A stretch of DNA of 64,000 nucleotides from contig JBFMAF010000023.1 of NCBI GenBank assembly GCA_040755995.1, positions 256,001 to 320,000 of the forward strand, given 5' to 3'. The stretch comes from Acidobacteriota bacterium. Lineage in GTDB: Bacteria > Acidobacteriota > CAIWXX01. Positions 38,725 to 47,404 of the stretch are shown here, piece by piece. Within the stretch, counting starts at the first letter, position 1, and each line of letters begins with the position of its first letter. The notes beneath the pieces are model-generated. The model made no database searches and was not told where the DNA came from. It saw only the letters and a list, made by a program, of their open reading frames with translations. Made by a program: the position numbers and the translations under genes.

Positions 38725-40143
38725 ATGAAAGAGATGGCGTTCGTTCTGACACTGACGATCTCGGTAGCGGGATCGTTGAGCGCAGGAGCGTACTGGTTGA
38801 AACAGTACGGCACCGCAGAGGAGGAAGCGATAGCGACGGTTGTACAGACTTCGAACGGCGGGTACTTGTGCGGTGGGACCTGGTGCGACTGGAAGAGCGA
38901 CGGCGAAAACAACCACGCCTGGATCACTCGACTCAAGCCGGATGGGGCTATTGCCTCCCAGCGCCGTTACGGGTCGAAGTTGTGGAGCGCGGGTGTGTCC
39001 GCGGCCCTGGAGACGCCCGACGGCGGTACGATGGTTATCGGCGGTGCGGCTGGCAAGTTCAAGACCAGCGTGTACGGCCGTAGCAATGCTCTCGTCATGA
39101 GGCTCGACAAGAACGGCAAGATCAAGTGGCAGAAGATCTTCCAGGTATCGGGATGGGACGCCGTGATCAACTCGGGAAGACTCACTGCTGACGGCGGCTG
39201 CGTCGTGGCCGGCTTCCTGATTCAAGAGCCTGACGGCGAAAAGAACGTGGGGTGGGTCTTCAAGGTGGATTCGCTTGGGAAGATGCAGTGGCAGAAGCAG
39301 TTTGACTATGGACAGTTGACGTTGATTACCTACCCCGAAGAGACAAATGACGGGCAGTTCCTCTGTTCCGGCGGCATATTCATTTCCCAGACCTCGACAA
39401 CCATGGATATCGACGCGCTGCTAGTACTCCTTGGTGCGGATGGCAGCCTGGTCTGGCAGAAGAGGATCGGCACGAAGAACCTCATCGACCTGTTCGTCTC
39501 GGCTCGCCCGTTGGATGACGGCGGATACGTGGCGTGTGGTCTGTACAGCTCCGATCTTCAGAAGAAGGGGGACCAGTGGCTGGCGCGATTCGATGCAGCC
39601 GGCACGCTGCTCTGGCAGAAGGCCTTTGGAAACAACAAGCTTTGGGATTTGTGCGTTTTCGCCGCCCCGACCAGCGACGGCGGGTTCGTAGTGTCGGGAG
39701 GGTACTCGACGGGAGCTGAGCGATTTGACGGCAGTCTCGCGCGGCTCGATGCCTCGGGAAACCTGCTCTGGAGGCGCTCGGTCAAAGCCGCGGTCAGCAC
39801 GACTGCGTGGACCGTGTGGGAAACCACTGACGGCGGGTTCGTATCTCCGCTCACGGTGGATGCCGAGGAAGGCGCAGACTACGATCCAATCGTCCTCAGA
39901 ACAGACAAGTCGGGAAACCTGGATTCCTCATGCAGCAGTCTGATCTCAACGGCCAAGGGAAGCATTCGCAACGCCGCCGGCAAGTTGGCCACCTCGAATG
40001 TGAAGGTCTCCAACACGAAGGCCACGACTCTGAACGGAGATCTCAAGCCGTACTCGGCCAACGGCATTATGACAACCATGTGCGAATCATACGAGACCGA
40101 GGAGATGACCAGCGTCGAGGTCGAGGGTACCGGTGACCCCTAA
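38725..40143 (+). CDS. Secreted repeat (beta-propeller-like) protein, related to 13013-14641
   Basis: Signal peptide; repeated DGG...G...D..G.L.WQK; no CARDB tail. Its stop codon lies inside the MITE end. Confidence 0.85.
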   Translation: MKEMAFVLTLTISVAGSLSAGAYWLKQYGTAEEEAIATVVQTSNGGYLCGGTWCDWKSDGENNHAWITRLKPDGAIASQRRYGSKLWSAGVSAALETPDGGTMVIGGAAGKFKTSVYGRSNALVMRLDKNGKIKWQKIFQVSGWDAVINSGRLTADGGCVVAGFLIQEPDGEKNVGWVFKVDSLGKMQWQKQFDYGQLTLITYPEETNDGQFLCSGGIFISQTSTTMDIDALLVLLGADGSLVWQKRIGTKNLIDLFVSARPLDDGGYVACGLYSSDLQKKGDQWLARFDAAGTLLWQKAFGNNKLWDLCVFAAPTSDGGFVVSGGYSTGAERFDGSLARLDASGNLLWRRSVKAAVSTTAWTVWETTDGGFVSPLTVDAEEGADYDPIVLRTDKSGNLDSSCSSLISTAKGSIRNAAGKLATSNVKVSNTKATTLNGDLKPYSANGIMTTMCESYETEEMTSVEVEGTGDP

Positions 40144-40300
40144 TCCAGCGATAGCGCCGCAACATGCTGAAGGCCCTGGCCGGCGAGAAGGCGGCAGGTG
40201 CGAGGCGCCGAGGAGCGAGGAGCGCAGCGTACACCGTGGCACGTGAGCACCGCAGCGACGAAGGCAACGAAGCAGATGCCGCCTTATCGCCGGATCAGGG
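40138..40300 (+). mobile_element. MITE-like element, copy 1 (163 bp)
   Basis: Imperfect 16-bp TIRs CCCTAATCCAGCGATA / TATCGCCGGATCAGGG; flanked by TGAC on both sides; near-identical inverted copy at 59445-59607. Confidence 0.8.
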
Positions 40301-40328
40301 TGACCCTGGAGGCAACTGAACGCGCCGA

Positions 40329-40430
40329 CTACGCGTTCAGGGCTTCACGGATCTTGATCGCGAGCTCGGCCGGGCTGAACGGCTTCTGTAGGAACGGCAC
40401 CTGGGGATCGAGCACGCCGTGGCGGACTTT
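40329..40430 (-). pseudogene. Receiver-domain C-terminal fragment
   Basis: RHGVLDPQVPFLQKPFSPAELAIKIREALN. Confidence 0.6.
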
Positions 40431-40657
40431 CAGCCGTGTCCTGTCGCGGCGCGGATGACCGAAAAGAGCCGCGTGAAACATCTCCACCGCACTCAACGGA
40501 AGATGTACCGCGACCGCAGGCCAGAAGGTCGGTGGTAACCGTCCGCGTGCGTAGCGGCGCCGGCCACGCAATCGATGACCTTGGTCAGGCGCGACGTCAA
40601 GGTAGTTGCATTCTTCGCACAGATCGTCGAACATGAGCCCCGAAGGAGCAATGGCTT

Positions 40658-41152
40658 ATGCGTAAGGTTCAGTTCATCCTGATCATGGCCCTGGTGGGCG
40701 CTTCATCATCGTTGTCTCTCGGAGCCGAGGACCTCCCAGGGGGCCTGCCGAAGTACTGCACCCCCCCAAAGGAGATCCTCGATCTGGCCGAGGCTCCTTG
40801 GACTCCACTCGTCTCGCTCTCGCCCGACGACAGAGTCATGGCGCTGCTTGACATCCCGCCGATGGTGCCGATTTCGGAACTGGCCGCGCCCGAGCTGAAG
40901 CTGGCCGGCTTGCGATTCAATCCACTCACCGCGGAACAGACCAGAGAGGGGTACTTCAGGAAGCCGGCATTGATGCGAGTCGGCGACGCCCTCGAAGTCC
41001 CTGTGAAGGGTATTCCGGAAGGTGCGAGAATACACCGCGCCCGCGAATCGATCCTTCACATGCTCTGTGAGATGGATCAGTATCTCGAGAAGTATGTGAA
41101 GAACGCGCGGCGGCCACAGACGCAGGTTGGCGTCACGCAGGAGCCGCCCTGA
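40658..41152 (+). pseudogene. S9-family peptidase with large in-frame internal deletion
   Basis: N-terminus (Y.TPP.EI.DL..AP.TP..SLSP..ELA.PELKLAGLRFNP) fused to the family C-terminus (ARESILHML.EMD..LEKYVKN); catalytic core missing. Confidence 0.7.
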
Positions 41153-41397
41153 AGGCCGCCGCGGGAATCCGGGTGGGGGAGATCGACGGCCAGATCGGTG
41201 AGGCGAAGACCTGGCTCCACCTGCGGCTGAGCGCGGCAGACGCCGGCCGGATCTACCGGGCTCTCATCTCGAACGGCAGACCCTTGCCTGTCGTACCTGA
41301 TCGAAGCGCCGCCTGAGGCGACTGGGACGCACCCTGCGCCTCCGTTGCCTCAACGGCCGTGTTGGTTGTGCTACTATGTTGAGAGTGGTTTGGGAAG

Positions 41398-43806
41398 ATG
41401 GAGCAGGATGGCGGCCCGAATCCGCGCGAACCGCTCCGGCGCGCGCAGGCCGAGGAGCAGCGTGGCTCTCGAGCCGCGCTGAAGATCTTCCTCGGCTACG
41501 CACCGGGGGTGGGCAAGACACATGCGATGCTGGAGTCTGCCCGGCGCCTCGTGGCTCAGCAGGTCGATGTGCTGGTGGGATGTGTCGAGCCCCACGGCCG
41601 TCCGGAGACAAGCGAACTGGCGGAGGGCATCGAGGTCCTGCCCAGACGAGCCGTCCTCTACCGGGGCACATCGCTCACCGAGTTCGACCTGGATGGAGCG
41701 CTGGCGCGCAGGCCGAGAGTGCTGCTGCTCGACGAGCTGGCCCACACGAACGCGCCGGGAAGCCGCCACACGAAGCGCTGGCAGGACGCCATCGATCTCC
41801 TGGAAGCCGGGATCGACGTCCACACGACGCTGAACGTCCAGCATATCGAGAGCCTGAACGACGTCGTCTCGCAGATCACGGGAGTCCGCGTACGCGAGAC
41901 CGTTCCGGACTGGATGCTGGCGCGGGCGGATGAGATCGAGTTGGTGAACCCGCCTCCAGAGGTGCTCCTCGTGCGGCTGCGAGAGGGGAAGGTATATTTC
42001 CCCGATCAGGCATACATAGCCGCCGATCATTTCTTCCGCAGGGGCAACTTGCTTGCCTTGCGCGAGTTGGCGCTGCGGCGGGCAGCCGAGGTGCTGCGCC
42101 AGGCCCGCGAGCACGAAGCCACCCCGATCGCCGTCGGGAAGCAGGCGCATTCCAGGTGGCGCGACTTCCTGAAGGTCTCCCTGGTCAAGGAGCTTCTGCG
42201 TGGGAGCAGCGGCGTCAAAGAGCATTTCATCACGCGCGACGAGGTGGAGCAATCGAGCCACGGACGAACGGGGCCGTCGCGCAAGCAGTCCGACGCGCGT
42301 GGATACGCACTCGCAGCTCTGCTCGTAAGCATCGCGACTGTGCTGGCCAGCCTTGTCCGAGCGTATATCTCCCAGGCCGATGTGGTGATGATCTACCTGC
42401 TCACGATCATGGTGGTCGCCTATCGGTGGGGCCGCGGCCCGTCGATGACAGCCGCCGCTCTTTCCGTTGCGACCTATGACTTCTTCTTCGTGCCTCCGTT
42501 TTTCACGTTTGCGGTGGAGCACTCCAGGCACCTGCTCACCTTCGCAATGATGTTCACCGTCGGGCTGGTCATCAGCAGTCTCACGTCGAGACTGCGGCGG
42601 GAGGAACGCGAAGCGCGAATGAGGGAGGCGCGCACGGCGGCGCTGTACTCGCTGACCGGCGAGTTGGCGGCCGTTCCGGACGAAGAGCACGCTGCCGAGG
42701 TCACGGCCCGGCACGCAGCAGAACTGTTCGAAGGCGAGGCCGCCATGTTGCTAGGCGACTCCACGGGAGCCTTGAGCATCCGGGGTAAGAGCCGCGCTGA
42801 CCTGTCACTCACGCAGGAGGAACTGGCGGTTGTGCAGTGGGCGAGCGACCACGGCCGCATGGCGGGCGAGGGCACGGACACGCTGCCGGGCACGCATCTG
42901 ACTTGCGCGCCGCTCCAGGCCGGCTCCGCACGCCTGGGCGTCCTGGCACTCCGTCTCCCGTCTCCCGGTGCGCTGCACGTGGAGAGCCGCAACCTGCTGG
43001 AGGCATTCGTACGGCAGGCGGCCATCTCGATCGAGCGCGCGAGGCTCGCGGAGGAGGCCAAGGCCGCGGCCTTGAGGGTTCGCACGGAGGAGATGAGAAG
43101 CTCGTTGCTGAGCGCGGTGTCCCACGATCTCCGGACCCCTCTGGCTGCCATCACAGGAGCCGGCACGGCGCTGCGCGACGAAGGCCAGAGGCTGCGCCCA
43201 GAGCAGCGCGAGGAGCTCTTCGACACGATCTGCACCGAAGCGGAGAGACTGGAGCGGCTGGTCGGGAACATCCTATACATGGTGCGGTTGGAGTCTGCTG
43301 GAATCGTGCCGAAGCGCGACTGGGTACCGCTGGAGGAGATCGTAGGCTCTGCCCTGGCGCGGCTCGATGCCAAACTCGGCAAGCGGCAGGTCGTGCTTGA
43401 TATTCCCCAAGACCTCCCACTTCTCTCGGTCGACCCGGTCTTGTTCGAGCAGGTGTTCGTCAACCTGATCGAGAACGCCATCAAGTACGCGGGCCGTGAG
43501 AGCCCGATCGAGGTGCGCGCTCGGACGCTCGAGGGAACGTTGGAGGTCGAGGTGGCGGACCGCGGCCCCGGCATCCCGGCCGGCGATGAGGAGCGGGTGT
43601 TCGAAAAATTCTATCGGGGGTCGCACGCGCCGGGAGGCGGTGCAGGGCTCGGCCTGTCGATCTGTCGCGGAATACTCCAGGCCCACGCCGGCTCGCTCGC
43701 TGCACGCAACCGCGAGGACGGCGGCGCAACGTTCAGAATGCGCGTACCGCTACTGGAGGCGCCTCCGAGCGCGGTCCTCGTGCAAGATCAAGAGGGGACG
43801 GGCTGA
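41398..43806 (+). CDS. kdpD: Sensor histidine kinase KdpD (most of the USP domain missing)
   Basis: LKIFLGYAPGVGKT, DELAHTN, NVQHIESLND, four TMs, SHDLRTPL, N/G boxes. Confidence 0.92.
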   Translation: MEQDGGPNPREPLRRAQAEEQRGSRAALKIFLGYAPGVGKTHAMLESARRLVAQQVDVLVGCVEPHGRPETSELAEGIEVLPRRAVLYRGTSLTEFDLDGALARRPRVLLLDELAHTNAPGSRHTKRWQDAIDLLEAGIDVHTTLNVQHIESLNDVVSQITGVRVRETVPDWMLARADEIELVNPPPEVLLVRLREGKVYFPDQAYIAADHFFRRGNLLALRELALRRAAEVLRQAREHEATPIAVGKQAHSRWRDFLKVSLVKELLRGSSGVKEHFITRDEVEQSSHGRTGPSRKQSDARGYALAALLVSIATVLASLVRAYISQADVVMIYLLTIMVVAYRWGRGPSMTAAALSVATYDFFFVPPFFTFAVEHSRHLLTFAMMFTVGLVISSLTSRLRREEREARMREARTAALYSLTGELAAVPDEEHAAEVTARHAAELFEGEAAMLLGDSTGALSIRGKSRADLSLTQEELAVVQWASDHGRMAGEGTDTLPGTHLTCAPLQAGSARLGVLALRLPSPGALHVESRNLLEAFVRQAAISIERARLAEEAKAAALRVRTEEMRSSLLSAVSHDLRTPLAAITGAGTALRDEGQRLRPEQREELFDTICTEAERLERLVGNILYMVRLESAGIVPKRDWVPLEEIVGSALARLDAKLGKRQVVLDIPQDLPLLSVDPVLFEQVFVNLIENAIKYAGRESPIEVRARTLEGTLEVEVADRGPGIPAGDEERVFEKFYRGSHAPGGGAGLGLSICRGILQAHAGSLAARNREDGGATFRMRVPLLEAPPSAVLVQDQEGTG

Positions 43807-44504
43807 TGAGCGAGCCGGGCGCCATGGTCCTGATCGTCGAGGACGAGATCCAGATGAGGCGGTTCTTGCGCACCGCGCTTGCCGCACAGGACTACCGAAT
43901 CGTCGAGGCCGAGACCGCCCGGGAAGCGATAGTGACAGCCACGACTCACAACCCTGAGATCATCTTGCTGGACCTCGGCCTGCCCGACGGCGATGGAATC
44001 GACCTGACCCGGCGCATCCGCGAGTGGAGCCGGATGCCGATCATTGTTATCTCCGCGCGCGGGCGTGAGGAAGACAAGGTGGCGGCCCTCGATGCAGGCG
44101 CCGACGACTACCTGACGAAGCCGTTCGGAGTTAGCGAACTGCTGGCGCGCATCCGCGTGGCACTGAGGCACTCGGCGCAGTCCGGCTCCGCGGCACCTGC
44201 CACGGTCATCGAGATCGGGCCGCTGCGCATAGACCAGGCGCGGCGAGAAGTCTCGGTCGATGAGCGCGAAGTGCATCTGACCCCGACCGAGTATCGCCTG
44301 CTCGTGCTGCTCGCGCAGAACGCGGGCAGGGTCCTGACTCATCGCCAGATCTTGAAGGAGGTCTGGGGCCCACCCTACGTCAACGAGGCGCACTACCTGC
44401 GCGTCTTCATGGCACAGCTTCGCAGGAAGATCGAGCCTGACTCGGCGCGCCCCCGCCTGCTCCTCACGGAGCCCGGCGTGGGATACCGGATGAAGGAGCA
44501 GTAG
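43806..44504 (+). CDS. kdpE: Response regulator KdpE
   Basis: LLDLGLPDGDG, GADDYLTKPF, HYLRVFMAQLRRKIE, TEPGVGYR; overlaps the kdpD stop. Confidence 0.93.
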   Translation: MSEPGAMVLIVEDEIQMRRFLRTALAAQDYRIVEAETAREAIVTATTHNPEIILLDLGLPDGDGIDLTRRIREWSRMPIIVISARGREEDKVAALDAGADDYLTKPFGVSELLARIRVALRHSAQSGSAAPATVIEIGPLRIDQARREVSVDEREVHLTPTEYRLLVLLAQNAGRVLTHRQILKEVWGPPYVNEAHYLRVFMAQLRRKIEPDSARPRLLLTEPGVGYRMKEQ

Positions 44505-44714
44505 CGGGGATTCGGGGTTTCGGAATTTCCATTGGTCACGAAGGACGCGCTGGTTCGGCTGTGTACCCGGGAGGGCGACGTCAGGTCCCGACACGCGCCC
44601 GATCCAGCCGTTCATCGACTACTCAGCTCGCAACCCCGGCCTCGAACGGGTACGCCGGGTTGGGGACGCGCGAGCGGCAAGAGGTGCCAGGAGGCTTTCG
44701 ATCCCATCCCCTGG

Positions 44715-45644
44715 CTAATCAAGCCTGTACAGGCCGGCGTCAACGGCGAGCCGCCGAGCTTCGGCGTACTCCGCCGAGCTGATCTGCCGGTTGAGGGCGG
44801 GGCTGGCCGAGGCCTTGTAGGCCGGGCGGTACTGGTCCATCACGTTCAGGTAGGTGTGCGGCGAGATCTCCTCGGCCAGGAAGCGGACGATCTCGGCGGT
44901 GCCCGCCTTGCCGTACGGCAGCACCAGGTGGCGCACCAGAAGCCCGCGCAGCGCGATCCCTCGCCCGTCTATGACCAGATCTCCCACCTGCCGGTGCATC
45001 TCCTTCACGGCCGCGCGGTTGACCGCAGGATAGTCGCGTACCTTCGAGTACATCAGAGCCACCTCTGGGTCGGCGTACTTCATGTCGGGCATGTAGATGT
45101 CGACGACGCCGTCGAGGAGGCGGAGGGTGTCGAGCGAGTCGTAGCCGCCGGTGTTGTAGACGATCGGGAGCCTCAGGCCGGACTCCGCGGCGATGACCAG
45201 CGCATCGAGAATCTGCGCCACGACGTGAGAAGGCGAGACGAAGTTGATGTTGTGGCAGCCCATCGCCTGCAGGCGCAGCATCATCGCAGCCAGCTGCTCC
45301 GGATCAACCTCGGCCCCCTCCCCCAGCTGGCTGATGTCGTAGTTCTGACAGAACTGGCAGTGGAGATTGCACCATGTGAAGAATATCGTCCCTGACCCGC
45401 CGAAGCCGACGAGCGGCGCCTCTTCGCCGAAGTGCGGGTTGTACGACGACACGACCGCGCGCGCGCCGGTCCGGCATATCGTGCCCTCTGTTGTCTCCAG
45501 CCGGTTCACACTGCAGCGATTGGCGCACAAGTCGCATTGCGCCAATCTTGAGCGCGCTTCCGCGGCACGCAGCCTCAGCTCGCCGCCCGCCAGCAACCTG
45601 ACGTATGCCGCCTCAGCCCTGGTTTCGCCCCTTTCATACTTCAT
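44715..45644 (-). CDS. PflX-like radical SAM protein
   Basis: HFGEE.PL.G..GSGTIFF.WCNLHCQFCQNYDIS, DIYMPDMKY, RHLVLP, MDQYRP. Confidence 0.88.
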   Translation of the reverse strand: MKYERGETRAEAAYVRLLAGGELRLRAAEARSRLAQCDLCANRCSVNRLETTEGTICRTGARAVVSSYNPHFGEEAPLVGFGGSGTIFFTWCNLHCQFCQNYDISQLGEGAEVDPEQLAAMMLRLQAMGCHNINFVSPSHVVAQILDALVIAAESGLRLPIVYNTGGYDSLDTLRLLDGVVDIYMPDMKYADPEVALMYSKVRDYPAVNRAAVKEMHRQVGDLVIDGRGIALRGLLVRHLVLPYGKAGTAEIVRFLAEEISPHTYLNVMDQYRPAYKASASPALNRQISSAEYAEARRLAVDAGLYRLD

Positions 45645-46858
45645 GCTTCACGCTCGACGAAGTCCATGGCGATGCAGGTGACGCAGTTGTCGGCTTCGGC
45701 GGTAACGGCCTGGTGGTACCGGCGCAGCTTCGGTGTGGCACGGCCTAGCAGTGCCGTGGCGAGCACGTAAATGGCACCTGCCCCGCAGATGCGCGACCAG
45801 TTGTCGCGACTCACGATCGTCTCTCGGAACCGTTCCGGCTCCCCTGTCCCGATCATCGCTGCGACGTTCTGGTCGAATTCACGAACCTCATCGAGGTAGG
45901 CCTCACTCAGTGCGCGCCTGTCGCCGAAGAAGCGGCCGACATGACTCAAGTCGGCTCCTGCGACGATGCACGTGGGCGTGGGGTCCTCGGCAAGCAAGTC
46001 GCCGAGGGCGCGCGCGAAGTCGCGGAGGCCGACCCGTAGGGCGGACCGCGGCTGAGTCTCCGAAGCTCCGCAGAGGTCGGGGCAGAGATAGGGCGCGATT
46101 CGGAACGGACGATCGCCCAGGACTTTCTTCAGCAGTACCACCTGCAGCTCTATGGAATGCTCTCGCGCGTGATCGAGCTCCTGCTCGCACAAATCGGCGT
46201 CGCATCGCGCGTCGAGGGCGCGCATGAACTCGGCGTCGTGCGCGACCGCCCCCCAGGGGGTTTCGAAGTCCTTGCGCGTGCCTACGACCGCGGTGGAGTT
46301 GCCGAAGTGATTCGTGCCCAGGATGACGAAGCGCGTGGCGTCGGTGCGCTCTGCCAGCCCGCGATAGGCAGGCGCGTAGCAAGGCGCTCCGCGCTGGTAG
46401 TCCAGGTGCGGCGCGATCATTCCGGCGATCCGCTCTGTGGAGGGCTCGACGGAACCGAGCATCTCGTCGAGGTAGGCATCGAGATCGACGTCTGGTGGAG
46501 CCAGGGTGGCGCCGCGCAATCGGCGGACGTCGGCTTTGCGATACTGCGCGGCGAGAGTCTCGCGGTGGGCGCGCAGAGAAGGGCCGTCGAGGAAGCGGGC
46601 CTGGTCGAGTCGGTTGATCAGCTCGTCCAGGTCTTGCGAAAACAGCATCTCCCCGAAGCGCCGCATGTACTCGGCCTGGATGTCGAGCCGCGAGTGGCGC
46701 CCGTCCATCAACGAAACGACGAAGATCGTCGGGCCGGCGAGTGTGAGCAGGCCCTCGGCCATCTCCGTGGGGTCGCGCAGGGCGACCATACCTCGCCTGA
46801 CGCCGACCTGCACCTGCTCCAGCGGTCGCAGCTTGGGAAACTCGAGCTCGTCGCTCAC
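45641..46858 (-). CDS. MEMO1-family protein (AmmeMemoRadiSam protein B type) with N-terminal extension
   Basis: APHLDY.RG, GTNH, EHSIELQ, ADLSHVG, ICG; GTG 46858 lies 6 nt after TATAAT. Confidence 0.85.
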   Translation of the reverse strand: MSDELEFPKLRPLEQVQVGVRRGMVALRDPTEMAEGLLTLAGPTIFVVSLMDGRHSRLDIQAEYMRRFGEMLFSQDLDELINRLDQARFLDGPSLRAHRETLAAQYRKADVRRLRGATLAPPDVDLDAYLDEMLGSVEPSTERIAGMIAPHLDYQRGAPCYAPAYRGLAERTDATRFVILGTNHFGNSTAVVGTRKDFETPWGAVAHDAEFMRALDARCDADLCEQELDHAREHSIELQVVLLKKVLGDRPFRIAPYLCPDLCGASETQPRSALRVGLRDFARALGDLLAEDPTPTCIVAGADLSHVGRFFGDRRALSEAYLDEVREFDQNVAAMIGTGEPERFRETIVSRDNWSRICGAGAIYVLATALLGRATPKLRRYHQAVTAEADNCVTCIAMDFVEREA

Positions 46859-46864
46859 CGGGAT

Positions 46865-46898
46865 ATTATATACAGCGCGACATAAGTCGCGCTGTATA
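46865..46898. promoter_or_regulatory. -10 box (minus strand) with a 13-4-13 perfect inverted repeat
   Basis: TATACAGCGCGAC-ATAA-GTCGCGCTGTATA (46869-46898); TATAAT at 46870-46865. Confidence 0.55.
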
Positions 46899-47032
46899 GC
46901 CGGAAGTTGTCTGCCAGCAGTTGTCGGTTGGCAGTTGTCAGTTGTCAGTTCCAGATGAGGAACCAGAAGTGGGAAAGGCTGCGCGGAGGCGCTATGCTTA
47001 TGTCCTGTGGGGGCATGAAGAGGAAGTGAAGT

Positions 47033-47353
47033 ATGGACCTGAGAGAGAAGAAATGCGTTCCGTGCGAGGGGGGTGTCGACAAGATGACACCCGAGCAGAT
47101 AGCGACATACATCGGGTTGGTACCGGACTGGGAGGCGCGCGACGACAGGCTCTACCGTAACTTTGCCTTCCCGGACTTCGTGGCCGCGATGCGTTTTCTG
47201 AATCGCGTGGCCGAAGTCGCTGAAGCGGAAGGACACCACCCTGATTTCAGCGTGCACTACAACCGTGTCGAGATGACGCTGTGGACGCACGCAATCGGAG
47301 GGCTGTCGGAAAACGACTTCATACTCGCGGCCAAGATAGACGGTCTGCTCTGA
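47033..47353 (+). CDS. phhB: Pterin-4-alpha-carbinolamine dehydratase
   Basis: CVPCEGG, AEAEGHHPD, LWTHAIGGLSENDFILAAKID. Confidence 0.9.
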   Translation: MDLREKKCVPCEGGVDKMTPEQIATYIGLVPDWEARDDRLYRNFAFPDFVAAMRFLNRVAEVAEAEGHHPDFSVHYNRVEMTLWTHAIGGLSENDFILAAKIDGLL

Positions 47354-47404
47354 CCAACCTCACCCTGGTCTTCCATTTTGCATTTTGCCTTGTTGCGCTG
47401 GGCA

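Noticed and set aside
46859..47290. N-terminal extension of the MEMO ORF
   Set aside because: Overlaps the PCD gene in antisense and the intergenic repeats.
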